From Lytechinus pictus (Eukaryota): a DNA stretch of 64,000 bases. The notes under the pieces are model-generated. The model searched no databases. It was not told where the DNA came from and was given only the letters and a program-made list of their open reading frames with translations. Positions 27,015 to 38,756 of this stretch are shown here, one piece after another. The position numbers and the translations under genes were made by a program. Positions within the stretch are counted from its first letter, which is position 1. Each line of letters starts with the position of its first letter. The DNA lies in contig NC_087245.1 in assembly GCF_037042905.1 (NCBI RefSeq), positions 12,340,001 to 12,404,000 of the forward strand, read 5' to 3'.

Positions 27015-28235
27015 GCGCCCATTTGATGTTGACGGGGATGTCGATTTGATGTACTACCTAGGGGCGCCGAATTGGAGTTTGATATAGGGGGTGCCAAATT
27101 TATTTACGTTCGACCTATAGGGGGGGCTCCGAATCGATGTTCTAACTAGGGGCGCCGAATTGAAATTCGACTTAGGGGGGTCGAATTGATCTTCAACCGA
27201 GAGGGGGGCGAATTGATTGTTCTGCCTAGGGGCGCTGAATTGATCTTCAACCTAGGGGGCGCCGAAATGATGAGTTCTACACCTAGGGGTGCCGAATTGA
27301 TGTCCGAACTATGCCGGGCGCTAAATTGATGTTCGAACTATATAGGGGCGCCGAATTGAAGTTCGGCGTATATAGCTATATAGGGGGCGAATTAATATGT
27401 CACAGTGAGGCCGAATTGATCTTCAACCGATGGGGGGGGGCGAATTGATTGTTCTACCTAGGGACGCCGAATTGATCTACAACATAGGGGAGCGCCAAAT
27501 TGATGTTCAAACTAGGGGTGCAAAATAATTGATGTTTGAACTAGTGGGCGCAAAATTGATTTCGAACGGGAGGGGCCGGCGCCGAATTGATGTTCGAACT
27601 AGGGGCGCAAGGGGCACTGAATTGATCTTCAACCTATATAGGGGAGCGCAAAATTGATGTTCAAACAAGGGGGCGCCATATTAATGTTTGAACTAGGGGC
27701 GCCAAATTGACGTTCGAACTGGGGACCGGGCGCCGAATTGATGTTCGAACTAGAGAGGGGGGCGCACCTAAGCAATGTTTGAACTAGAGGGTGCAAAATG
27801 TTCAAACTGGGGGGGGGGGCGCCGAATTGATGTTCGAACTTGGGAAGCGCCAAATTGGTTTTCTTCCTAGGGGCGTGGAATTGATCTTCAACCTAGGGTG
27901 GCACAGAATTGATGTTCTGCCAAGGGGCTCCGAATCGAAGTTTGATATAGGGGGTGCCGAATTGATCTTCAACCTAGGGGGCGCCGAATTGATGTTCTAC
28001 CTAGGGGCGAGGATTGGAGTTTGATATAGGGGGCGCCGAATTTATATGTTCGACCTAGGGGGGCGCCGAATTGATGTTCAGCCGAGTGGACGCCGAATTG
28101 ATGTTCGACACCAATTTGATGTTTGTCCTGAGGCGCCAAATTAATTTTCAACTAATGGAGGGGGCGCAAAATTCGTATTCGACCTTTGGGGCGCAAATTT
28201 GATGTTTGACAGGGGGTGCCAAATTCATGTTTCAC
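27015..28235 (+). repeat. GC-rich minisatellite, ~27-28-bp unit GGGGGCGCCGAATTGATGTTCGAACTA
   Basis: Roughly 40 degenerate tandem units read directly. Confidence 0.95.
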
Positions 28236-28244
28236 ATGATTTTG

Positions 28245-29960
28245 TCGCTCGCGCTTGCATCAATGCATAGTTAGATGCCTATCCTGTACTGTTCTTGATT
28301 ACCAAAAGTGCTTATAGACTTTCCAAATTTAAGGTAAGAATATCAATAATTATCAGCTCGCGCTTCGCGCGCTCGAATCAATTATTTAAATAGATACCCA
28401 TCCTGTTTATGGTTACAAAATGTGCGTATAATGATTCGGCGTTAGATAACCATCTTGTTCATGATTACCAATAGTGCTTAGAAAGTCAAAAACTTTAGGT
28501 CAGAATATACAAAAAATGTTCATCTCGCCCTTCGCGCTCGGATCAATTGATAGTTAGGTGACGATCATGTTCATGGTTAGATAAGTGCTTAGAATGTGCA
28601 ACTTTGGGTCGAAAAAGCTAAAAAATGTCCAGTTTAAAAGTCGAAAAATCAAAATTTGCAGTTTCTACTTTGCACTCGCATCAATTAGTGAGAACCAATT
28701 CTGTTCATAGTTACAAAAAGTGCCAAACATTTCCGGTCTAAAAGATGGAAATCAATAATTTTCAGCTCGCGGTTCGCGCTCGCATAAATTGTTTAGTTAG
28801 GTATCTTTTCTGTTCATGGTTACAAAAGTGCTGAAATTGCAGTTCAAAAGTGAGAAAATCAAAATATTTCAACTCGCGCTCGCACTAATTGTTTAGTTAG
28901 ATACCTCTGAATAATCGTGAAAAATACATTTCCATTTTTTTTTTATAAATCACCTTCTATTCATAAAAAAGGGAATATGATTGGTGACATATATATCATT
29001 TGCATGAGTCACTGGAAACCGTCATTAACAGGTCGCTTTTTAATTCAGTGTATTAACATTTTCAGCTCGCGCTCGCAATATCCTCTTCATGAGTCACTGC
29101 AAAGTGTATACCTTAGATCAGTGTATTGAAATTTTAGCTCGCGCTTTGCGCTCGCATTAACATACCCATCTTATTCATGATTATAAAAAACTGCTCAGAA
29201 TGTAAAATTTGTTATCATTATACATGAAACATAAAGAAAAATAGGTTGTGCTTCGCGCTCGCGTTATTTCTTTATGCCTTATCTTGATATCTTGTGTGTA
29301 AGAACGAACCTGATATGTAGTTAAAACATAAGTCTTTTGAGAGGAATATCCCCTAAAAAATAAGCTTTTTGCGGCCAATCGGGAAACATGCGAATGAAAA
29401 TACTTTTCTGCCAACTCCCGCCACCGCCCCCATTGGCGAGAGCTGGATCTGTCCCATAGTATATGTATTTTTAACTTGCACATAAGCATTGCATTTGCAA
29501 GTTATCGTTAGACAAATTGATCTTTATCTAAAAACGTGCTTAAATAAATTAATGTCGAAATTTGAGATAGGAATATAAAAAAAAAATTCAGGCTGGTGCT
29601 TTGAGCTCGTTTACTTGATTCGCGAGATACACAGCTATTTGTTTATTTTTAAAACATGCTTAAAGTTTCTAGTTGTCAGGTTAGAATATAACAAATTTTT
29701 AGCCCGTGCTTCGCGCTGGCATCAACTGTTTAGTTATATACGCATCCCATCTTGACAGTTTTTATGCGAACGAGAAACGCGAGCTGAAAATTGTTGACAT
29801 TCTCACCTGACAACTGAAAATTTCCTTTTCATTCCATCATTATAAAAGCTTTCAGCTTGCATGATATGCATCGTGTTCACCATAACAACTACTTAGGCTT
29901 TCAGGGTGAAATACATGAAAAATAAAAAATATGAGATCGCGCTTCGCGTTCGCATTATTT
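28245..29960 (+). repeat. Degenerate ~80-120-bp tandem repeat with core TCAGCTCGCGCTTCGCGCTCGCAT
   Basis: Core recurs more than 10 times, often followed by GTTAGATA...TGTTCATG.TTACAAAA. Confidence 0.85.
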
Positions 29961-29963
29961 ATT

Positions 29964-30032
29964 TAGGCCTTGTGAGATAGGAGCGCCTTGAGCACCTAAC
30001 AAGGTGGATATGTGCGCAATATAAATACCCTA

Positions 30033-30073
<41 letters not shown>

Positions 30074-30075
30074 GT
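29964..30075 (+). mobile_element. L2-type LINE/SINE 3' tail with (ATT)n
   Basis: AGCGCCTTGAGCACCTAACAAGGTGGATATGTGCGCAATATAAAT..(TAT)n, the same tail as at 63373-63434. Confidence 0.75.
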
Positions 30076-31064
30076 ATTATCATATCTTGCATAAATTCTA
30101 GTAGAGCGGATAAGGCGAACAATTGTGCAAATTATGACTAAAGCATGGGGAGTATAAGAAGGTTGCTGATTGGCTGCCTTGCTCAAGCCGTTATGATAGT
30201 GTCATTTTGTGGGACAGGCAAACCGATGAGACATAATGTAGTGAAATATTCAATATCTTTCTTTCCTTTGTAGTTCTTTAATCGTCCCCTTTCTCTATCT
30301 CTATTTATCACTTCTTTTTATCTCTCTTTCTTTTTAATCTTACCCTCTTCTTTTTACATTTCGTTTGTGTTGTTTCTTTCTTGCCCCTCTTTCCCATCCC
30401 ATCGATCTCTCCCCTATATATACTGAAATTTCAGTATAGTATATGGTCGCTCTTCTTCGATACAGGTGTATATGTATATAGCCAATAACTCAAATGTGAA
30501 ATTGTTAAAATGTTGAAGTTATAGTTTTATTGCGGGGGGGGGGGGGGCAAGGGATATCAATGCTCTTCCATGACAAAAATATTAAATGTATATCTGTAGT
30601 ACTAGTAGGGGATATAAGAAAGTCGCTGCCTTGCTCAAGCCGTTTTTGTCCCCCCTCAACTAGTCAACTTACTTTGATTGATTGAATTCATTGTCATGCA
30701 CAAACAAAAGTTGCATAAAAATCGTCTTGTGGCTCCCATTTCATAGTGCAGAACATATAACAAAAATACAAAGTAAACACAAAAATAAATACAAATTGAA
30801 AACACAACAATGCACATTTCATATTTCTGTTGAGAGCCAGAGGAGAGCAACTTACAGGTTATTTTATGTCCCCTGCCCCCCCCCCCCCGTAAAACTAACT
30901 TAAATGACAAGTCCACCCCAACAAAAAGTTGATTTGAATAAAAAGAGAAAAATCCAACAAGTATATCAGGCGCGTATCCAGGATTTTGCACCCGGGGGGG
31001 GGGGGGGCGACCTAATTTTTGCGCTCCGGTGAACTTTTAGAAAATGGCGCCCCCACCTCCCGCC

Positions 31065-31140
31065 TAGTCTGCTATGCAGACTCGTTGAATCAGCTGAGGT
31101 ACACACACTGCAGATGTGGGTCTACATTCTTGGTAGACTA
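31065..31140. mobile_element. 76-bp miniature TIR element with 10-11-bp flanking duplication
   Basis: TAGTCT...AGACTA termini; (C/T)ACCTCCCGCC at 31054-31064 and 31141-31151. Confidence 0.7.
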
Positions 31141-32030
31141 TACCTCCCGCCTGGCACACATAGGTGCCTTAAATGCATGTTGAATGATCTTATTTCATAA
31201 TCACGTGAAAAAGGGCAATCAAATACCACTTTTTTAACATGTTCATTAAAAAGAATTGTCATGCTACTTTTTCAAAAGAATGAATGCGACAGGGTGGGCG
31301 TTTCATAAAGCTCTTCGTAAGTTAAGAGCGACTTTTAGAACGACCGGTAAACTTTTTTTACGCTCTAAATAAACAAAGCACCAATGAACATTAAATATTC
31401 AATATCATTTACCACAAGAAAGGATCACCAGTCGTTCTTAAAGTCACGCTGTTAATGTACAAGCACTTCGGGGTTTAACTCCTCATCAGAGTAGGCCCTA
31501 CTAAAATTATGTGAGAGAGGACATTTCTTTTCCAGGGGCTGATCCAGCTTTCGCTAATGGGGTGGGGGGGGGGGGTTGGAAAAATATTGCCATCTATTAT
31601 GTTTCCCGATCGGAAATTCTAAGCACTTTTTGTAACCGTGAACATGATTGGTATACGTATATCTAAACAATTATTGATGCGAGTACGATACGCGAGCGGA
31701 AATTTTTTGATATTCTGACCTCGAATATGGAATTTCTGTAAGCACTGACTTTTGTTAATCGAGAACTGGATGGGTATCTATATCTCAACATTAATGCAAG
31801 CGCAAAGCGCAAGCTGATAATTTTTTAATTTACGACCTAAAACTGAACATTCTATGCACTTATAGCCTGGGTTGATTTAGCTTTATCAAATATATTGATG
31901 CTATCTTGGTGATCTTGAATATTTTAAATTTCATATGTACTCAATTGGGAGCCTGAAAACTCATTTGGGTCATCTATATCATGCTTATTTACCATTTACA
32001 TGGGAATATATGTTATTTTTGAGAAATTAA

Positions 32031-32050
32031 TCCGTTGCCATGGCAACGGA
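32031..32050. promoter_or_regulatory. Perfect palindromic X-box GTTGCCATGGCAAC within a 20-bp palindrome
   Basis: TCCGTTGCCATGGCAACGGA read directly; target gene uncertain. Confidence 0.45.
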
Positions 32051-32539
32051 CGAAAATGGCATTTATAAATTTACCTTCCATCTTTCACGCTTTAGTCATA
32101 TTTTGCACAATTGCTCGGCTTATCCGCTCTCACTAGAATTTATGCATGATATGATATATGAAGAAAAAAATCACCCAAATTCTTTTAAACATCATTAATG
32201 AAGAATATCTTTACCCGTTCGGCGCGCGTCCGGAATTTTCCGTAGAGGGGTATGCGACAAGTGCGATGCAAAGAAAACAGTTGGTTAATGTCAAATAATT
32301 TTATCATATTCATAATTTTCATAATATTTAGAATAGCAAATGCAAAATTTTCTTGATTGTATTTCCTTTAGTTGTCATTTTAAAGCACTGAAATAAAGGT
32401 GTCCGGTAATAGGATACACTGCCATACCGATGTGTAACTCCCATCCTATGTAGCCCAATATCCCACAGAATATTACATTCCGTTGCTTGAGCCACCCAGC
32501 CCCCTCTCTCCCCCCCCCCCCCCCCTTTCACTTTCAGCG

Positions 32540-32690
32540 TGCGAGCCGAACACACTGGTTCAGTGGAAGATTCCGCGAACACGACGATCCGAGCCAATCC
32601 GAGTACCGGTACGTACCATAGATAGACCATTCGTTCGAAGCGCTAACGTAACGTAGCAAGAGGACGTACCGGACCTGGCGGCTGCGCTTG
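32540..32690 (+). promoter_or_regulatory. NAGS: Probable NAGS promoter and non-coding first exon (donor after 32690)
   Basis: CpG-rich patch, CCAAT at 32594-32598, strong donor TTG|GTAAGC at 32690/32691. The first coding exon has an acceptor (TTGCAG, 40712) upstream of its ATG, which requires an upstream exon. Confidence 0.55.
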
Positions 32691-33159
32691 GTAAGCTAGA
32701 TGTATTTACATGTTGATCGTGAAAAATAACATTTGAAAAATATACAGATCTGTGTCTTGTTTATGGAATCGAATGCGTTGTTGTGAAACTTTTAGTATCA
32801 TACTTACGGTACCGTACCGTACCGGTACTTAGAAACTAGAAAGCTCCATGAAATTGAAATGAAACGAGACAAGGATTGAGATTTGTTTGCTGTGATTCGT
32901 GAATGTGTGATCTTAACCCAGGGAGCTCCGCTCCGGCTCGCGAAGCGGGCCGGAGCCCGGCCAGCCCAGGGGCCCGTTTCTCAACACCGTCATAAGTCTA
33001 ACTTCTTGACTAAATCGGAGATAGTGAGCTACTTGTCCGGTAACCGTTTCACGAAGCCCTCTTTACCAAGATCGGGTACAACAACCTCACTAAATATTTA
33101 TGAAACCTCCGAACCTGTCATAACTTCTTTCTTAATGACGTACGTACCGGTACCGGTAA

Positions 33160-34977
33160 CCCAGGACCAAAATCCAGTTAAAACCAATTAGGGCAAAACC
33201 AATTGAAACCAGTTGGCCAACTGGTTTCAATAGGGAAATTGGAACAACTGGTTCCAATTGAAAACCAGTTGCCAATTGGTTCCAGTTAAAAACCAATTGA
33301 AAACCAGTTGCCAATTGGTTCCAGTTAAAACCAATTGGGCAACTGGAACCAGTTGGCAATTGTTGTCAATTGGTTCCAGTTGTTCCAATTTCCCTATTAA
33401 AACCAATTGAATCCAATTGGAGGCAACTGGTTTCAATTGGTTCCAGTTGAAACCAATTGGAGGCAACTGGTTTCAACTGGAACCAGTTGAAACCAATTGG
33501 TTTCCAACTGGATCCAATTGGAACTTCCAGTTGGAACGAACTTAATTAGTTACAAATTAATTAGCATTTGCAGTAACTATTTATCATGCCAACACAGAAG
33601 CAGTGTTATATGTCTATTAATACCAATGTAAAGGGCATTGATAAAATACAGACTTTCATGTATATATATTTATATGGAAGATCTTCAAATATATGTACTT
33701 TTATTTGATGTAATTTGGTAACAGTTAGTGGTGTACTAATTATCCTTTAATCTGTTTTAATTATAATCTATAACATTTATGAACATGGTTTTCACTGCTA
33801 AGCATTCTAAATACTAATCTTTAAAAAGTGTGGTACTTGAAATTGTAAAGAATTAAATAGATACATTGTTAATGATGATTAATCTCATAAAACATTAATC
33901 TGTGCACACTGGCAAATAATATGCAAATTAACTGGTTTCAATTGGATCCAGTTGGGTAACTGGAAAATTTCCAATTGGAAACCAATTGGAAATAATTTCC
34001 AGTTACCCAACTGGTTCCAATTAGAATTAATTTCCAGTTACCCATCTTTCCAGTTAGAAGTCATCTCAGTTACCCAATTGGTACCAGTTAGGATTTCCAG
34101 TTACACAACTGAATGGTTCAAGTTAGGATTTCCAGTTACCCAACTGGTTCCAGTTAGAAATCATTTCCAGTTGGAAGTCATTTCCAGTTACCCAACTGGT
34201 TCCAGTTAGGATTTCCAGTTGCCCAACTGGTTCCAGTTAGAAATCATTTCCAATTGGAAGTCATTTCCAGTTACCCAACTGGTTCCAGTTAGGATTTCCA
34301 GTTGCCCAACTGGTTCCAGTTGGGATTTCCAGTTACTCAACTGGTTCCAGTGAAATCATTTCCAATTGGAAGTCATTTCCAGTTACCCAACTGGTTCCAG
34401 TTAGGATTTCCAGTTGCCCAACTGGTTCCAGTTGGGATTTCCAGTTACTCAACTGGTTCCAGTTAGAAATCATTTCCAGTTGGAAGTCATTTCCAGTTAC
34501 CCAACTGGTTCCAGTTAGGATTTCCAGTTGCCCAACTGGTTCCAGTTAGAAATCATTTCCAATTGGAAGTCATTTCCAGTTACCCAACTGGTTCCAGTTA
34601 GGATTTCCAGTTGCCCAACTGGTTCCAGTTGGGATTTCCAGTTACTCAACTGGTTCCAGTAAGAAATCATTTCCAATTGGAAGTCATTTCCAGTTACCCA
34701 ACTGGTTCCAGTTAGGATTTCCAGTTGCCCAACTGGTTCCAGTTGGGATTTCCAGTTACTCAACTGGTTCCAGTTAGAAATCATTCCCAATTGGAAGTCA
34801 TTTCCAGTTACCCAACTGGTTCCAGTTAGGATTTCCAGTTGCCCAACTGGTTTCAATTGGTTTCAACTGGAAATTGTTAAATTCCAGTTAAAACCAATTG
34901 AAACCAGTTGAAACCAATTGAAACCAATTGAAACCAGTTGGAAATCCAACTGGTTTCAATTGGATTTTCGTCCTGGG
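33160..34977. mobile_element. CMC/EnSpm-like non-autonomous element with satellite-like subterminal arrays
   Basis: TIR CCCAGGAC(C/G)AAAATCCA(G/A)TT; 2-bp AA duplication; AACTGG/CCAGTT/CCAATT arrays at 33170-33535 and 33930-34965. Confidence 0.8.
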
Positions 34978-35001
34978 AAGGCGGTAGTGGCATCACGTGG
35001 G

Positions 35002-35594
35002 TAGCCAGGCGGCTTCTAGAGAGTAAAAATCATTTACTAACGTAACTCGTAAGGTTACTCTCATATGAAGCCAGGCCTTCTATCTCATAGACCCACACAA
35101 ACTAAGCCAAAACCTGAAACTTTCACCCTTGAGATTTCTACTTTCCTTCTAAAAGATCTAGGGCCTAGGCTAGCTCTAAATCATGTAGGCCTACATGTCA
35201 TGGGATTAAAACTTCATTTCCGACATTTCTACGCTCTCGTTATTTTTAAAACAAGAATTCATCGAGCGTCCGTAACGTTGGGGAGGTACAATAAGAAACA
35301 AGATGGCGGCGTAAACATCGGGCAAGTCTCTTCCGTCTTTTCACAATATTTTTTCATTTTTTTGATGAATTCTTGTTTTAAAAATAACGAGAGCGTAGAA
35401 ATGTCGGAAATTAAGTTTTATCCCATGTACATGATTTAGAGCTAGATCTTTTAGAAGGAAAGTAGAAATCTCGGGGGTGAAAGTTTCAGGTTTTGGCTTA
35501 GTTTGTGTGGGTCTATGAGATAGAAGGCCTGGCTTCGTATGAGAGTAACCTTACGTTAGTAAATGATTTTTACTCTCTAGAAGCCGCCTGGCTA
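35002..35594. mobile_element. hAT-like foldback MITE
   Basis: Inverted arms 35002-35263 and 35364-35594 start with TAGCCAGGCGG; perfect 8-bp duplication CACGTGGG at 34994-35001 and 35595-35602. Confidence 0.9.
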
Positions 35595-36496
35595 CACGTG
35601 GGTAGACTATGACATGCAAAAGTGCCTAGAAATTTGAAAATTATAATCTTACGTAATCAATCATAGAAGTTGAAATTACATTGCAAAACAAGTGGGATTA
35701 TGCATTCAATGATCATTGTAATACAAAGAAACTATAAAACTGTTGGTAAAACGCCACAAAACCATTCATTTTGAAATAGTAAAATAATTTAATCGATAAA
35801 GATTCTACCACGTCAGGCCATCCATAACTGGACTCCTATATGTCGTTTTCAGACCCCTATTAACATTTGGATAAATTATATCTATAATTTATGCATAGAA
35901 TTTGTCAAATCGTAAGTTTCGGTATCAAAGATTTTTAAAAAAATTGTTAAACTATATTTTGATGATGTTTGGAATCGTAAAATACCGTATAATTATCATC
36001 ATTTTACAAAGAAAACCGTACAGGTTTACTTTCGTAAACTATTAAAATTGGATATCCCGGGGGTACCCATCTCAACGTCCACATGTGATTTTTTAGTCAT
36101 GAAATGAATTGTTCATAATTTAATTTTCTCTGCAATTGAATGCTCCAGTCTTCATGGTCTAAGTATGTATGATGCATAATTCACCTGTGCTATTTTGAAA
36201 AGATTTATTTCCCAATTCATCACAATATTTGCTATTTTGTCATAATTTTTCTTTTTGAATATTATGCTATTTTGTAACTAAGGCTACGTCTCGTCTGCTG
36301 TTTTTGCCGATAGTATCGATATCAAGGTATTCTATAGTTAGGAAGACTTTCGAGAAACAGGTTTAGTAAGATTGGAACTAACTCCGTGGTTGGTGGATAA
36401 AGATATGACTAACTTGTCCATGTGTTGAGAAACGGGCCCCAGGACTCGTCCGTGTATACTAGGCAGACGAAATGGTCACTATAAATGGGGTAGAAT

Positions 36497-37489
36497 TAGT
36501 CTTGAGGACTCCACGATGATGTCTTTTTAAAATCCTTTGACATATACTTCATCATTGGAGTCTTGAACCCCCGCCCATAAGAGACCCATGTAAACAAAGA
36601 TGGATTTCCCAATGCCTAGGAGATCCATCTTTTCATAATTAAAAGAATCATGTAAAATATGCTGATTTTATTATTATAATTTCTACACACACCTTCCTAC
36701 GCCTAATGCGTAGGAAGGTTTTAAAAAATGGTCCCTAAAAATATAAAACAAATAAGGCATAGGAAGGTGTAGAAATTAATAAAATCAGCATATTTTACGT
36801 GATTCTTTTATGAAAAGATAGATTTCCTGGGGAAATCCACTCATTCAATGAACAAGGTTATGATATAACCACTCATCCTACGAACGAGGTTATAATAACC
36901 TTGTTCTCAGTTACATCTCCATGTGTGGCAAAATAAGGGTGGTAGTTTTGGCTTATTTTCTCTTTTCTATGGGACAAATGCTTGATTTTCTTACACTGTC
37001 AGTTTCCAATACAGCTATTGATCATATAACTTGGCTCTTATGTAAATTTGATTCTTTAAATTATTTTTTCTTAATTACAAATAGAGATTGAAAAATGAAA
37101 ATTTTCTTGCCATATTACTTTCCACCAATAAAGGGCGTACACAAAAATATGCCCAATATTCAAGTTTTTGAGTGCTCTGGTGAATACAAAAAATATTCCC
37201 AAGTTACTAATGAAAAATAAAATGTAACTATGGAAATTAGTAATTTTGGTCACATAAGTGATATTTTAATGATTTTTAAAAATGTGTGCTATGTACAGCA
37301 TTGGCATACCATAGTCCTACCTGTAGATTCCCCACAGGCAGGATGGTTGCAGTGAACAAGTGGGGAAATCCATCTTTGACCTTGTTTACCTGGGTCTCTT
37401 ATACATGGGCGAAGGTTCAAGACTCCAATGATGAAGAAGTATATGTCAAAGGATTTAAAAAAGACATCATCATGGAGTCCTCAAGACTA
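36497..37489. mobile_element. MULE-like non-autonomous element, ~115-bp TIRs
   Basis: TAGTCTTGAGGACTCCA... / ...TGGAGTCCTCAAGACTA; 9-bp duplication GGGTAGAAT at 36488-36496 and 37490-37498. Confidence 0.82.
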
Positions 37490-37508
37490 GGGTAGAATGG
37501 GGTCGAAT

Positions 37509-38034
37509 TAGTACCCCCAAATAAAAGGGGGAAAAATGAATCATGCACTTACTTTGATTACATGTATATGGATGAAGGTCTATCGTGACACAGAATCCTG
37601 ACATCGAGGCACAAACTGGACCCTCTACAAAAGGAAAAGTTCTGTCTCGTTTGCTCTCCCTTTCAAATTGAAAACAATGACCTGGTGCATTATACCTATA
37701 ATGGTCCTGCACTGTATTACATCCAGATCCACTCACACGTATTGCGAGGTTAGTATACTAACCTCGCACCATGAACCGCGTTTGGCAGTGTGTCCACAAC
37801 ACACAACTTCTATGGCTTGATTTTTCTGTGCGCGGCGGCATGTAATGAACCCTTGGGTGATCCAGAACCAGGCCCATCGATACCGAGAACGAACGCGACA
37901 TAACTTTACTTTTTTTAGGGTCCAGTTTGTGCCTCGATGTCAGGATTCTGTGATATTGATAAGATAGACCTTCATCCATGTAATCGAGGTACTGGCAGTG
38001 CATAATTTTTTTTCCCCTTTTATTTGGGGTGCTA
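37509..38034. mobile_element. MITE with ~130-bp imperfect TIRs
   Basis: TAGTACCCCCAAATAAAAGGGGG...CAGAATCCTGACATCGAGGCACAAACTGGACCC is inverted at 37905-38034; no clear target duplication. Confidence 0.75.
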
Positions 38035-38339
38035 TAACTTATATATATTGCTTATGTTTAAATTCAAAATTCTTCTTCTTACCCTTTTTCCATCAAATAT
38101 ACATGTAGTCTAGAGTCTAGACCGATAAATAGGTCTATTTCTGTCAGGGATATCATGCTCCCTCCGTCTATAGACCGATGTCGATGACGGCCATTGGGCT
38201 TGTACTAATGGTGGAGCAAATTAAACAAAGTAAAAGTGTGTGCTTTTGCACCTTCCTCCATTAGATCTAGGCCTACTCATAAATTTTGCTTTTTGATGGG
38301 GGAAAAAGGAAGAAATAATAAAAATATATTTATATTAAA

Positions 38340-38756
38340 ATACAATCAGCTTACTACAGTACCATTCTAGAAAATATGCTGAAAAGTAGCAAATTTTTAT
38401 GACAAACAGATTGGGATTGACAACTGGTTAAATGCTTTAGAATAAAGGTAGGCTTATCATACACATGTGTATGAAAAAAACACAAAATTATTATGATTTG
38501 ATGTAAAATTTGATGTAAAAGCATAAGAAAACGGACAGTGGGGGCATGACATTAACTAACCTAATCAATATTTATGATGGTATGCATATATACATGTAGG
38601 CTTAAAATTTTCACAAAATATGACTAAAGTTTGAGTTTGAAATTCAATAACTTTGTTGTTGTTATATCAAGATTTTGATCAATTTTCAGCATTATGCTTA
38701 GTTAATTTTACTGTATTTATTCCTATTTTCAGCCCAGAGTACCGGTACCCCTTTAA
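38340..38756. mobile_element. Degraded Kolobok-like MITE
   Basis: Similar to 25736-26309; right end ...CCCCTTTAA. Confidence 0.55.

Larger units (their letters stand above)
32970..36439. mobile_element. PIF/Harbinger-like non-autonomous element hosting two nested insertions
   Basis: Perfect 18-bp TIR GGGCCCGTTTCTCAACAC; 3-bp CAG duplication at 32967-32969 and 36440-36442. Confidence 0.88.

Noticed and set aside
26362..27097. Long K/R/E-rich and F/S/L-rich ORFs
   Set aside because: Artefacts of the polypurine tract, which lacks stop codons.
27015..28235. CRISPR-like array of ~28-bp repeats
   Set aside because: Units are contiguous and degenerate with no unique spacers, no cas genes are present, and the context is eukaryotic; it is a minisatellite.
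33132..34856. Repetitive NWNQL/LEPV ORFs
   Set aside because: Translations of the subterminal satellite of the EnSpm-like element.
35065..35439. 124-aa ORF
   Set aside because: Lies within the foldback MITE; no transposase or other motif.
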